Source: the human T2T-CHM13v2.0 reference genome, Homo sapiens
Direction: 5' to 3' (one strand)
Length of the DNA: 64,000 nt
Assembly (NCBI RefSeq): GCF_009914755.1
Contig: NC_060935.1
Positions within the stretch are counted from its first letter, which is position 1. Every line of letters begins with the position of its first letter. The notes under the pieces were generated by a model. It was not told the origin of the DNA and did not search any database. It saw nothing but the letters and a program-made list of their open reading frames with translations. The translations under genes and the position numbers were made by a program. Below, one piece after another: positions 1-15,109 of the stretch.

Positions 1-243
1 GTCTAGTCAGGGAGATGAAATCACCACCGAGCAAGGCGGCAGAAGGAGGCACGCGGCCGCTGATGGAGCGGCACAGCCATTCAGACCTGGGTGAGCTTTG
101 GGAAGCCTGGTGTAGCCATGGAGGGTGTTGTGGAGGAGGTGGCCCAGAGATGGGCTTCAGAGGATGGGAAGAAGTTGGAGAGGTGGGGAAGGTGGAGGGA
201 AGCATAATTGAGAACAAAACTGGTATAGGGCAGTGGTTGATGA

Positions 244-450
244 TCTGAGTTTGAATCCTGTCTATACCATGAAATATCCATGTGGCCTTGACAATTTCCC
301 TTCCTATGTGAGCTTCAGTTTCTTCATTTGAAAAATGAGGACAATAACAGTATCTATCTCCTAAGGTTGTTTGAGGGTTAAATGAAATAAAATGTGAACT
401 ACCTAGGGCCAAGGTTGTTCCGAGTACACGCATATTCAGAACACATTAGC
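244..450 (+). mobile_element. MIR SINE
   Basis: CTGAGTTTGAATCCTG...CTTCAGTTTCTTCATTTGAAAAATGAGGACAATAACAGTATCTATCTCCTAAGGTTG core. Confidence 0.8.
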
Positions 451-1965
451 TACTGTCGTTCCTGCCACTGCTGGTACGACTGCCCGACTTCTGCCTTCCA
501 GTTGCTGCCACTCTGTCCTCCTGCCCTCCGTGCCTTGACCCTGCTCTGATGAGAAGGCACCTGAATCTCTCCTCTGGGCCACATGGGCACCTGGCTATGT
601 GCTCAGGCTTCTGGCCAATCCCTGTCCCCAAGCAGAGGAAGCTAGAGCGCCTCCACCAGGTGTGAATTGAACCCAACTTCCCTCCTGCTCTTTTCCGATT
701 GTCCTGCTAGGCAGAAAGTTTCCCTGCCAGGCCCGCTGTTGTTTGTATTGACAGCACCAGCCACCTTTTCCTTCCAGCGGCTCCCCATGCTGGGCGGCTG
801 GGGAGTTGGCCTTTTGCTAGGAGAGGGAGCTGTGATGCCCTCAGAGGCATCTGCCCACCCCCTCGGGAATCTGACATTTTGTCTGCACCAGGGCAGGGGC
901 CTCTCTGCTGACGGGGCCTGTCCCAGCTGTCCTAGTGCTAATCCAGTTTCATTGCACTGGCAGTTGGGCTGGCAAAGCTTTGGTGCAGGATACCCAGCAC
1001 CAAAATAAAAGGCACCTGGCATTTGTGTGTGGGGGAGAGAGGGGCACTGTGGACACCACTCAGGAGGCGTCCCTTCCCAGCCAGGGTCTAGGAGTCCTTC
1101 TGAGCTCCTTCTGCAAGTAAAGTGGCTGGAAGGGTTTCCTCTCTTCCTGCCTAGCCCAGCCCAGCTGCAGGCTACAGAGTCATCCTCTGCCTTGCCCTGT
1201 GTGGGGACCCTGAACCCCCTCTTACCTGTCAGCCTCTGGGGCAAGCAGAAGGCCCCATGGCCCAGTGCCAGAGCTAAGCCCCTTGGGAGCAGACAAACCA
1301 GGCCTCCCGTGACCTGCTCTTTAACTCAGACAAAAGACTGCCTGACCATTTTGTGGTGTGTTTCTGAAAGCAGAAAGAAACATGCTTGAAGAAGAGCAGT
1401 GAATAAGAATCTCTTTGGGTTGCACGTGCTCCTGGCAGCCCACTGGGAAGAGGAGGCAGCCCAGGCTCTGCACTATCAACAGTTCTGCTGATGGTTCTTA
1501 GCAGCAGCCATCTCCAGCCTTTCCTGCTCTGCCAGGAAAAAGTGAAATGCAAAGAAAAGCAGACGCCGGCCTCCTCTTTTAAGGGTGTTGGGCCGAGCTC
1601 TGGGTGGCTGGACCCCCTCTCAGGAGCCAGGTAAGGGGGAACTCTCTTGGGAGAGGGCTTCTGTGACAGTCCATAAATCCATATTGTTTTGAGCACAAAT
1701 GAACAAGTGATTTAAAATTATCGTAGTCTACTTCAAAACTACTTTTTTTGTTCCTTTTGTGCAACACCATTGGATGCGGATGTTGGACAGTGTGATGTGT
1801 TGGAAAGTTCGCTAACCAGGGTTCTAGAGTCCTGACTGGGTTCTAGAGTCTGGGTTTCTGGAGTCCTTGGGCAAGGCCCCTCCCTTGCTGGATCTATTTT
1901 TTCTTCTGTAAAATGAGAAAGTGTACCTGGGCGATCTCTGGGTTCTTGGAGAAGCACTCCAGCCG

Positions 1966-2185
1966 AGCGGTTAAGAATGGTGGGCTGCACAGTGCTGGTG
2001 GTCCTGGGTCTGGCTCTATCTCTGTCATTTACAAGCTGGGTCATGTCTCTCAGCCTCAGTTCTCTCATATGAGAATGGGAGTAATCATAGTGCCTGCCTT
2101 TCGGGGATATTGTGAGAATGAACAGAGATGCACACATAGCACTCAGCACGGTGTCCGGCTGCTACGCAGCACTCAGTACAGGTCT
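1966..2185 (+). mobile_element. MIR SINE
   Basis: GGTTAAGA 5' end and CCTCAGTTCTCTCATATGAGAATGGGAGTAATCATAGTGCCT core. Confidence 0.75.
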
Positions 2186-2282
2186 GCTGTTTTGTTTGCC
2201 TTCATTGTAATGATCATTGTCGTCATTTCATTGTATCTCCTAGTTCTGACAGTGTTGGCTCTGCAGCTCAATGGGGATTCCC

Positions 2283-2435
2283 AAGTGCTTCTCAAGCATT
2301 TATTACTTGAGGATCTTGTCAGAAGGCAGATGCTGACCCTAGGGTCTGGGGTGGGACCTGAGTTTCGGCGTTTCTCATGAGCTCCCTGGGGATATGGATG
2401 CTGTTGCCCACAGGCCACACTTTGAGTAGCCAGGA
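2283..2435 (+). mobile_element. MER5 (hAT-Charlie) DNA transposon relic
   Basis: GTGCTTCTCAAG start, GGTCTGGGGTGGGACCTGAG middle and CCACACTTTGAGTAGC end. Confidence 0.7.
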
Positions 2436-3051
2436 TGTGACGCTACTAAAGCATCGATGCCCAGTGTAGGTGGTTGTGTCATCCAGGGCCAGGCCTCCGA
2501 GTCGATGGGAGCCTCTTAAGGTCCAAGGAGAGAGTGACAAGCCTGGTAAACTCAGCAGCGTCCCCCTCCCTCTGCCCCCAGGACAGTAGGCAGCACAAAA
2601 GTCTCACCCAGGAGTGAGAGGGGACAGAGGCCTTTGGGGGCAATGAGGTCAGGAGAGTCTTCCCAGCTGATTTCATGAAAGGATTTTAAAGATGACTCTT
2701 GCCTTGAACTCCTAATTTTCTCATAATTTAGGGCTGATTATTAGGATTGCCTCATGGGCTTGTCTCTCCAATTATGCTGAAAACCCTTTGAGGACAAAGG
2801 TCTTGTCTCAAATTACTGTTTACTCCAGAGCTCCTACGACACCACCGCTGGGCTTGTAGGAGGCACACAGGTTCCATCTGCTCCAGAGACCCCCAGCCTT
2901 GGAGCTTGGTGGGGTGGGGATGAGAACACCAACTTGGAGTCAGGTGATCCCAGGTTTGAAGTCCAGCATGATCATATACTGTTGAGCAGTCAGGGGCAAG
3001 CTCCTTACCCCTTCCAAGCTTCCTCATCTGGAAATGAATGGCAGTACCCAC

Positions 3052-3371
3052 TGCTGTGGACTGAATGTTTGTGTCCCCTTGAAATTCGTGTGTTGAATCC
3101 TAGCCCCCAGTGTGATGGTATTAAGAAGTGAGCCTTTGGGAGGTCATAGGCGTGGAGGCCTCATGAATGGGATGTGTGCCCTTGTATAAGAGACCCCAGA
3201 GAGCTTGCTCTCTCTTTCCACCATGTGAAGATACAAGAAGCTGGCCATCTGCAACCTGGAAGACAGCCTTCACCAGAACCTGACCATGTCGCACCTTGAT
3301 CTCAGACCTCTAGCCTTCAGAACGGTGAGAAATAAATTTCTATGGTTTATAAACCACCTCAAACTACGACA
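3052..3371 (+). mobile_element. MLT1A-type MaLR solo LTR inserted in a MIR
   Basis: TGCTGTGGACTGAATGTTTGTGTCCCC start, GAGAAATAAATTTCT polyA region and ...ACGACA end. 5-bp TSD CCCAC/TCCAC. MIR halves lie at ~2935-3050 and ~3372-3430. Confidence 0.85.
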
Positions 3372-4989
3372 TCCACCTCATAGATTTATAAGGCTGAATT
3401 GAGATAATGAGTAAAGAACGTAGCTCAGGGTGGGGTTCTGCTTCCATGCTCCGTGTCCCCTTCTCCTCCTCTCTTTCTTCTCCTTGTCCTGTATTGTCAG
3501 GCTGGACCCTGCTCACTTAGAACCCGAGGGTCTCACTGTGCTTCCCGTTTCCAGGTTAGCTCCAGGTATGAGATATAGAAGTCTAACACTTGTCCCCGTT
3601 TGTCCCAGCCACCTTCTTCCTGCTCTTGCAGCTCCATTTATCTTGCTGAAAACTTGGCTCTTCCAGGAATAGCACTCAACTCACACCACCCAGCATGTCC
3701 TGGGAATGGGTAGAAGAGCACCCCCAGAACTGAGGGTTCCTGATTCTGAGGATCTCCTGCAACCCCTTGCACTACCACCAGCATCCCCCAGAGGCTTCTG
3801 TGTGCTCAGAGTTGATAAGCCCTTCTCCACCACTGGGGAGACTGGAGTGTGCTTCTCTGCTGTAGAGGAACACCCAGCTTGGGGCCATTGACACTATGAC
3901 CTTGTTACTAGCTCACGTCTTAACCCACCTTGGAGTTCACAGGTCGTTTCCTTTGGCCCTCACAAATAAGCCATGAGATGGGCTGGTTCTATCATCAGCC
4001 ATTTAACAGATGAGGAAACTTAGAAGGCACATGGTTCACCCAGGCACACAAACAGATGATGGCACCTTGGTCATCTGATCCTAAGTTCAGTGCCCTTTGC
4101 CTTGGGTGGCAGCTGCCCACAGAGCCACCAGCGCCATGCAGAAGAGTAGAGTCAACCAAGAACATTATATGTTCAGTGACAGTGAGTTCAGAGTCTTCTT
4201 GGCCTGGAGCTTCGTTTAAGATGAAGTGCCAATGGCAAGGTAATTATCATTTTGGGCATATTTAAAGTACTTAAATGGCCATGTCAGGCTTTCAGAGCCC
4301 TGTAAATCAGAGACACAGTGAGTGCAGGGCCAGGCCTCATAGGACTCCCAGGCCTTCTCGATGGGGAGCGGAGAGAGCCATTTCCTGGGATAAAGAGGAC
4401 TCTCTGCAGACGCTGGCCCCTCTTAATCGCTGCCCATGCCTTGTTCTGTGCACGTGAGCACATGTGTGTGCTCGCATGCACCTGCTTTGAAAGCCTTTGA
4501 CTTAGACATTGTCAGGACGTTGCTCTGTGTCTGAAGCTAGGCTGCCATATCTGCTATTGATGGTGTTTAATTAGGGACCGGGGAAGCTTTTAACTTTTAT
4601 TGTTTATTAATAAAGATAAATTTGAAGCATCAAAAGTGTACTGAGTTGGCTTTTTTAAGTAAAGAGGGAAATGAAAGCCACAGGTCCCCTCAAATGAAAG
4701 GGGATGGGCTGTGTTAGCATTAGAAGGCCCCTGAGCAGGGAGAGGCTGGGAGGGGAAGGGAGAGTTTCTCTGTCTCCCTGCTGCTACTGTGGGGGTTTGC
4801 TGGGGAGAACCAAGCATAGGCAGAAGGGAAGTGTGGCTGGGCATGGAGATTTTTTGAGATAAGGGCCCTGCTTGCGGCACATCTCCCAGTGGGATGTGTG
4901 AAAGACGATTGCAAACCTCTGAGCTGATGCAAACTGAAGATCTGTGAGCACGGGGGTGGGAGAAGGGCTCTTGGGGAGAGAGAGCACAG

Positions 4990-5210
4990 CGATTAGTAGG
5001 ACAGAACTTGGAGGTGGCCAAACGTAGGTTCAAATCCTGTTGTTTCCGCTTATGAGCAGTGTAACGTTAGAGCAGCGGCTGCACCTTTCTGAACCTCATT
5101 TCTAAAATGGGGCTCTTTAGACCTGCCTTCCAGTGTGTGTGCAGATTAAGCACGATAATATATGTAAAGTGCTTGGCGTCCTGCCTGACAAGTTGTAAGC
5201 CGCCGAATAA
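4990..5210 (+). mobile_element. MIR SINE
   Basis: GGTTCAAATCCTG...CCTCATTTCTAAAATGGGG...ATATGTAAAGTGCTTGG. Confidence 0.7.
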
Positions 5211-6789
5211 ATGGCAAGAGGGGGCCTCTGGTGCCCTGTGTTTCCTGACGCACTCTCTCTGTCACTCTAGCCTTGTTAGAGTGTTAGTTGTTGAACATGA
5301 CAGCTAACGTGTGCTGAGACCCTACTCAGTGCCAGGGCTATGCCTGAAGTTCTGCAGCAAACAGGAGGCGGAGCTGGCATTCAAACCCAGCTTTCCCCAT
5401 TCCAAAGCTTCTCCCACACCACCCCGCCACCATCCCGTGGTGCCATTTCCCAGGTTGAAAGTTCTCTGCTTGTAACACAGAGTTCCCTCCTCCCCCAAGG
5501 GTTCTGCAGCTTCTGCCAGGGCCTCGCCTTGGCCTTTCTGGAAGGAGCCCTCCCAGACACCAAAGACTCTCCCAGCCTGCCGGCCTGCCTACCCCAGACT
5601 CTTCAGAGAGACTCTGTTCCTCTAGGGACCCACTCGGAATTGAGTCTGTCAGACGGGAGACTTGTTGCTCTGTCTGGAAACCCCAGTGATCTGGAGACAG
5701 CAGATTTGGGAGCTGAAAAGAGACAGAGAACGGAGTCCGGAGACAGTGGGAGGTTCCTTGTGGGAGTTCTCAAGAGACCCTCGTGGGCAGGAGGGGGCGA
5801 TTCACCTTGCCAGGGCTTCCCTTCCTCCTCTCTGCCAATCTTCGTGCCCAGCTCACGGAGTCGCCAAGCATGTGACCTGCCTGCTACTTGACTTGAGCAG
5901 GTGGCCAGACTGAGCATCCGCCATCTCTAGGGAAAGCGAGATGCGAACGTCCCCCTTGCACCTCAGTTGAGCTTCGCCTTGGCAGCTGGGGAGCAAAGCC
6001 TGGGAGAAGACAGACCAGGGAGGCCAGAGGACCTTGAGCAGCTATGGGGCTTGTTTCTTGCCTTCTTTCCGTTTTCCAGACAGAGGAGATAGGAGGGCAG
6101 CTGAGTGTGGCCCAGGATTCCCAGCTGAAACTTCATATTACGGTCCCTGCAAAGGGTCGGGTTCCTTCTCTGCCTGCCATGAACTCTTGTCAGAGATCAT
6201 CTTGGGTTAGGAACCAAGCACATCCCACCCCAACCCCTTCCCCACTCAGAAGGGGACAGATGTTTGAATAATTCTTGGAAACATGCTGCAACCACCCAAG
6301 GTGCACTGAGTCAGCTATGCAAATTGAGAGGCGTAGGTCAGAGTCCTGTGTGTATTTTGAAGTTGCAAATTCCCTGGCAAGCCTTGCACTGCACCCTGAG
6401 TCCTGCGTGCCGCAGTCACCCAGGGCCTTCCTGACATTCAGGGAGCTCAGGGGTGTTGGAGAGTGCCCCCAGCCCCACCCCATAGCTCTCCTTGCTCCTG
6501 CTCCGGATGCCTGGTGATAGTTACTATTTTGAGTTAAAGCGATTCTGCTTTATTAAAAAGGAAGTCCCCCAGGGAGGGGTAGTACTGTTGAACCGCTATC
6601 AGTCATGGACAATTTAGTACCAATTAATTAATCGGATGCTTTCCTGTTGCCTGCAGAGTGAATGGGGTGTGATGAGTGTTTGGAAAGGGCATGAGGTCAC
6701 CAGGTGATTCAGGAGAGATAGCAAAGGAGCAAGCCAAGGGCGTACAGGATAAGCATGCCCTGTGGTTGCCAGCTTATCTCATTTGTCTT

Positions 6790-7245
6790 AAAAATTATTT
6801 TAGTAAACATTTTCACAAAATTATATCAATCATCCCCAAAATGCACAAATCATAAGTGTATGGCTTTGAATTTTTAGGAAGTGTACACACCCTTATAGCC
6901 AGCACCTGGGCTGTGAAACAGTTACTAGTTGCTCCTCTCAGACCCCCAGCCAGCCACTGTGACCCCCAAGGCATCCGCTATCCTGACTTCCATAGATAAC
7001 GTTTTGCCTCTTTTCAAACTCTGTGAGCGTGGACTTCTTCAATGCGTCTACCCTTTGCGTCTGGCTTTCCTTCGTTCAACGTTTCTGTTGGTGAGGTTCA
7101 CCCATGTTGTTAAAGTTTGTTCATTTTCATTGCTGTGTAGTGTTCCGTTGTGTGAATATACTACAGTTTATTCTATGGTTGGTGGACATTTGGATGTCTA
7201 GCTTTTGACTTTCATGAATGGTGATGCTTTAAATGTTCTTGGCCA
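6790..7245 (-). mobile_element. Ancient L1M (L1ME-like) 3' fragment
   Basis: AAAATGCACAAATCATAAGTGT...TCTGGCTTTCCTTCGTTCAAC...TTCATTTTCATTGCTGTGTAGTGTTCC...GGACATTTGG. Confidence 0.75.
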
Positions 7246-7577
7246 TATCTGTCTTCTTCTTTTATGTCTGAGGTTATGTGCTGTTCTCCTGGGAACCGTC
7301 TTCTGACCCCTACCCCAGGGGAGCATGAGTGCCCCTCCTTTACCCTCCCATGGCACTCTGTCATAATCCAGGAAAGATGAATAGTGATATTTTCAGTTCC
7401 TAGGCAAATGTCTGGCAGTGGTAGATGCTCAAAAGCATTAGTTGAGTGAAGGAACAAATTTTATGTCACAGTTTTGCCCAGGGCTTCTCTTGATATCTAA
7501 GAAGAGCAGTGTGGGGAGACTGTGTTGGGAGTCTTGGGGATCAGTTCGGATTCTTCCCTAGAAAGACTGCTACTCTT

Positions 7578-7955
<378 letters not shown>

Positions 7956-8895
7956 TCAGAGGTGTCTATGAGTTTCCCAGGGTGCCCCCCAGTGACAAGC
8001 TGGTGCAAAACCAGCTTCTGCCTGCTTCGGGTCTCTGAGGACCTCAATGCCATGGGCCTCCCCAGACGTAGGCATTTGATGGCCAGCAGGAGGGAAGAGT
8101 CGTGAAGAATAGAAGAGAAGATGCAGGAAGAAAGAGAAGAGGAGGGAAGGAGGTGAGAGGGAGAGAGAGAGAGAACCATGAACACATATTTTTCCAGACG
8201 CCAGGTGGGGGTGGGGAGAAAGTCAGACAGGCAGGGAGCGGGTGTTCTTGAGGGAAGCAGGTGTCCTCATGTTGGAGTTGTATTGTTTGTACCAGCAAGC
8301 GACACAGTGGAAGCAGGAACATGAGCCTGTTGAAATCCAATGTCAGGGTGCCCTGGTGGGACAGGCTTGTTTTTTTTCCCCCCTGGCACTTGGCAAATCC
8401 CTTTCACAGGCAGAGTGAGTGGCTTTCTGGTCTCTCCGGCTGAGCAGTGCTGATGGAACAGGTTATTCTTTCTTCATACACCTTTTGCTGAGCTGCATAA
8501 CAAATGTGCTGTAAATTTCAGTGCTTTACAGAGCGCCTGGATACGTAAAGCAGGACTGCTTCCCCTAGTAAAGTGGAGGCTGCTCAGATTCCAGCAACAG
8601 CGAGCCATGTGGGGTGCAGTTGCTGTGTTTCCAAAGTAAATATTACTTCTTAGAGAAGATTCATACCCAGAATAATTATTTCTTGCGGCGATCTGAAGCT
8701 GAAGCTGGTTTAAATGTTCATTTGTCTCTGCCCAGGTTTTTTCCGTAGTGGGGTGTGCCAGGGTGCTTAAAGCCGACACTGCAGAATGCCCCTTCTTTCT
8801 CCTGGGCCCCTTTGCCTACAGAACCATACCTCTCCCACCCTGACTTATCTTGTTCCTAGAGTGATGGCATCTAAGCCCTCAGCTTATGCATATGT

Positions 8896-9197
8896 TTATT
8901 ATTATTATTATTATTGAGAGGGAGTCTCGCTCTGTCATCCAGGCTGGAGTGCAATGGCGTGATCTCGGCTCACTAAAACCTCCGCCTCCCAGGTTCAAGT
9001 GATTCTCCTGTCTCAGCCTCCTGAGTGCCTGGGATTACAGGCACCCACCACCACACCTAGCTAATTTTTGTATTTTTAGTAGAGATGGGATTTCGCCACA
9101 TTGGCCAGGCTGGTCTCGAACTCCTGACCTCAGGTGTTCAGCCTGTGTTGGCCTCCCAAAGTGCTAGGATTACAGGCATGAGCCACTATACCTGGTC
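8896..9197 (-). mobile_element. Alu (AluSx-like) with (TAT)n tail
   Basis: Reverse-complement Alu with TSD-like ATGTTT(T)ATTATT on both sides. Inserted at the tail of a MIR. Confidence 0.95.
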
Positions 9198-9204
9198 ATG
9201 TTTT

Positions 9205-9794
<590 letters not shown>

Positions 9795-9921
9795 CAGTGA
9801 TATCTTCTAAAGCGGCACGGTGAGCAAGGGCCTGCCTTTTTCAGGGATTAGAACTATTTTTTCTGTGCCCTAATATCATTTCTATCCAAGGTGGCCCTTG
9901 ACCTTACAAGAGCAGGGGTCA

Positions 9922-10239
9922 GGCCTGGAGCAATAATCCCACGCCTGATCATGCCTGTAATCCCAGCACTTTGGGAGGCCAAGGCGGGCTGATCACCTGA
10001 GGTCAGGAGTTCGAAACCAGCCTGTCCAGCATGGCGAAACCCCTTCTGTACTAAAAATACAAAAAATTAGCTGGACATGGTGGTGGGCGCCTGTAATCGC
10101 CCACTCAGGAGTGGAGGCAGGAGAATTGCCTGAACCATGAAGCGGAGGTTGCAGTGAGCTGAGATCACGCCATTGCACTCCAGCCTGGGCAACAAGAGTG
10201 AAACTCCATCTCAAAAAATAAAAAATAAAAAATAAAAAT
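9922..10239 (+). mobile_element. Alu (AluSq/Sp-like) with scrambled 5' end
   Basis: AACAAGAGTGAAACTCC diagnostic and (AAAAAT)n tail. TSD AAGAGCAGGGGTCA / AAAAGCAGAGGTCA. Confidence 0.93.
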
Positions 10240-11182
10240 AAAAGCAGAGGTCAGTGTCTGGCCAGTGGTCAAAGCCTACAAAGCACAAGCTTGCCCTAAG
10301 ATTCAGCTGCATCAGGGGCGCAATGGACAGAGGTGGAAAGGTGAACTTGGAGCTTATCCTGGAACCATCTGAGCTCTGGATGGGAGAATCCCCGGGGCCT
10401 GCTTTTGTGCTCTTCATCTCGCTACACACACAGCACAGGTGCTCTTGGCACCTTGGGCTCACTATCCCTTGCTCCCTGCCTTTTCCTTCCTCTAATCTCC
10501 TGGGGAAGTCATTCCCCTGTCTCGCAGTCTCTCCTCTTGGGGTCGGCCCCTGTCTCAGTAAGTGACTCCATCCTCTAGGCAGGTGCTTAGTCTGGAAGCC
10601 TGGAAGGCATCCTTGCTTTGCATTCCTCCACGACCCACATCTGATCCCCAGGTCCTGTCAATTCTACCTCCTAAAAAGCTCGCAAATGCAAACGTCTCTT
10701 CCTCTGCCACTTCTACCTTCCTCATGTCTATCTGTCTCCAGGACCTCTTCAGTGCCCACCCAATGGATGTCCCAGACTCCAGACCTAAACCCTCTAAAAC
10801 TCTTTTCAAATTGCAGTCAGAGTGACCTTTCCATAAGAAATTCTGGTTATGTCATCCCTTTATGTAAAAATCTCAGTGGCTCTTTGGTACCCCTAGAATA
10901 CAATCTAGACTTCCTAGCATGGCTGCTGTGGAGCCATCTTTGACCCGGATCCTATTCCCCCAGGGCAGCACCCCTCATTGCCTTTGGATCAGGAAAGATC
11001 CCTGTCTCCTGTCCCCTCCAGTTATGGGCTCATCCTCCTCCCATCCCTCTGCTTCCCATTTGTTGCCAGAAAGGGGTCTTGATCCGGACCCCAAGAGAGG
11101 GTTCTTGGACCTCATGCAAGAAAGAACTTGGGGCAAGTCCATAGAGTAGCGTGAAAGCAAGTTTATTAAGAAAGTAAAGGAA

Positions 11183-12404
<1,222 letters not shown>

Positions 12405-12518
12405 CAACTAAAGGAATAAAGCTTGGCTACTCCATAGGCAATGCAGCCCACATGGCTGAGTATATTTATAGTTGTTTCTTGATTATATGCTAAGCAAGGG
12501 GTGGATTATTCATGAGTT

Positions 12519-12548
12519 TTCTGGGAAAGGGGTGGGCAATTCCCAGAA
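12519..12548. promoter_or_regulatory. Tandem GAS (STAT1-type, TTCN3GAA) motifs in MER41B
   Basis: TTCTGGGAA (12519-12527) and TTCCCAGAA (12540-12548), at the positions typical for MER41B. Confidence 0.6.
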
Positions 12549-13198
12549 CTGAGGGTTCCTCCCCTTTTTAGACCATATAGGGTAACTTCCTGATGTTGCC
12601 ATGGCATTTGTAAACTGTCATGGCGCTGATGGGAGTGTCTTTTAACATGCTAATGCATTATAATAGGCATATAATGAGCAGTGAGGATGACCAGACTTCA
12701 CTTTTGTTGCTGTCTTGGTTTTGGTGAGTTTTGGCCAGCTCGTTTACCACACACCCTGTTTTATCAGCAAGGTCTTTGTGATCTGTATCTTGTGTTGACC
12801 TCCTATCTCATTCTGTGACTTAGAATGCCTAACTTCCTGGGAATGCAGCCCAGTAGGTCTCAGCCTCATTTTACCCAGCTCCTATTCAAGATGCAGTTGC
12901 TCTGTTTCAAACACTTCTGACGCTTTGGCTGATTCCAACATTGTTTGGGTCTCAAATGTTCTTTCTTCTGAGGAGTCTTCTCTGACCACCCCCGCTTCCC
13001 AAGCCTGGTTTGGGTGCTCTGTTCCGGTGTTCCCATGGCAACCAGGAAACATCCTCTGTGATCACACTGTCCACTTTGTATTGGGATTTGATGGCTACCT
13101 GTGTGTTTTTCCCAACACACATTATCTGTCTTGCACACAGCTATGTCCCCAGTACGGAATACAGTGCTGAGTTATGGAAGACAGTTTTTAAAAAAGTT

Positions 13199-13375
13199 AT
13201 TAGCCAGGTGTGGTGGTGTGTGTCTGTGGTCCTAGCTACTCAGGAGGCTGAGGTGGGAGGATGGCTTGAGCCCAGGAGGTCCAGGCTGCAGTGAGCCATG
13301 ATCATGCCACTGCCCTCCACCCTGGGCAAGATGGAGTAAGACCTCCATCTGTAAGGGAAAAAACAAAACAAAACA
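13199..13375 (+). mobile_element. Alu right monomer (FRAM/AluJ)
   Basis: TTAGCCAGGTGTGGTGG...GGAGGATGGCTTGAGCCCAGGAGGTCCAGGCTGCAGTGAGCCATGATC, with an A-rich tail. Confidence 0.9.
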
Positions 13376-14039
13376 GGTCACTGAGCCAGTACTATCACGA
13401 AAAGAACATTGACGGAGCAGCTGGGAGATGCGGGTATTAGAACCTGTTCTGGGACAAACTCTGGACCTTGGTTAAGTCATTTTCCCTCTCTGGGCATTTT
13501 TTTTTTTTTTTTGTATCTGTGAAGTAAGGAATCTATGCTAGGTGGTCCCCAAGCTCCCTTCCGGATGTGAGGTCCTGGGACCCATCTTCTGAACCAAGGC
13601 TTCACTCTTCTCATCTCTCTTGACTTTCCAGGCTGTGAGGCCCCATCTTCTCCCTCTCCTTGGCACTCCTGTCCCTTCAGGATGTGCTGGGAAGCAGAGC
13701 CTGGCATCCTGCCTTCAGCGGGGCTCAGCCACGGCCAGCAGCGGCCTTGGGTTCTCCTTGCGTCCAGGATGAGAACTCCTTGAAATTCTCTGCCGTCCTC
13801 CTCCTCACCTCATCTGTTTGCTGTCAGAACATTGCAAATAGGAAGCTTCTCATGCTGCCTCTGTCTCTGAATTATTATAACATTCAATAGGGAGGCATTA
13901 AATCTACGTGCTCCTGAGGCTGCACTTCCCCCAGTAGAAACAGGAGATGCCTGGCTGCCATGGCCCCCTCCCAGAATACACCCAGCCTCCACTTGCACTG
14001 GGAGTGTTTAATCTTAACACCGTGACTGCTCACATGTTT

Positions 14040-14430
14040 CCCATACTCATTCAACACATTTACTGAGCACCCACTATGTATGGCAGGCATTGTTCTAGGT
14101 GTTTAGGACCCATAAAGAACAAAGCAAACAAAATCCCTGCTCTCTAGGAGCTCGCTACTCTTTAGCAAGCGTATAGAGGGGAAACTCATATAAATAAGAA
14201 ATATAATAAGTAAATTATATAATAAGCTACAAGGGGATAAGTGCTATGGAAAAAAGAAAAAAATAAAGCAGGGTAGCAAGGATGAAAGCCCCCTGAGAGT
14301 TAGAGATTTGAGTCAAGGCCTGGAAGAGGGTGAGGGAGTGTGTCAGCTATTTGGAGGAACGTGTTCTAGGTCCAGGGCCCAGCTCAAGCACAGGCCCCAA
14401 GGTGGGAATGTGCAGGGTGTGCCTGAGGCA
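14040..14430 (-). mobile_element. L2 3' fragment
   Basis: CATTCAACACATTTACTGAGCACCCACTATG...TCCCTGCTCTCTAGGAGCT. Confidence 0.75.
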
Positions 14431-15026
14431 CCGTGGGACCCAGCGTTGCCTGTGGACTCTGCACATCAGGGTATCTGCCAGAGCACAATGCCTGGAGCAT
14501 AGCAGGCCCACCGCTGATATTGGGGGTTGGTGTACAGCCTGCTGGACCTGCAGCTGAATGGCCTGTGACTTGTCTGAACAGTGGTACTTGTTAAATCTAG
14601 TCTGGTCCTGTGGGAGGAGCTGGCAACTAAGTCTGACAATACTGTTTGCAACTTGGCTCATCGCTCATTAGCTTTGTGATCCTTGGCAAATTACTTAACC
14701 GCTCTGAGTTTCCGGCTCTTCATCTTTGAAGGAGGGCTCTGACCCGTGCCTCTTAGGGTTGTTGTAGGATTTGACGAAGTGACCGTGTGGAAGCAGCTAA
14801 CTCAATGCATGTTGCAGCCAGGGTGTCTAATAACGTTAGTTCTAGTGCATCCCTTACCCTGGTCTTTGGGCAAGGTATTTATTTTCTCTGACCCTCAGTT
14901 TCCTCTTTCAGAAAACAGAGTATAATAGTCCCTGAGCTGCCTACTGCTTAGGCTTTAGTAATTATCCAGTCTAACAATGCAGATAATAGTACTTTATATA
15001 TAGATGACAAGTTTCCAGGGGAGAGG

Positions 15027-15029
<3 letters not shown>

Positions 15030-15109
<80 letters not shown>
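15030..15109. repeat. Compound microsatellite (TG)22 followed by (GA)n
   Basis: Perfect TG run 15030-15073, followed by a GA run. Confidence 0.97.

Noticed and set aside
642-1244. 200-aa minus-strand ORF, and similar long ORFs at 5340-5891, 18577-19140, 51958-52545 and 61134-61754
   Set aside because: No recognisable domain, Pro/Ser/Gly/Cys/Trp-rich composition typical of chance ORFs in GC-rich intronic DNA, and no supporting exon structure.
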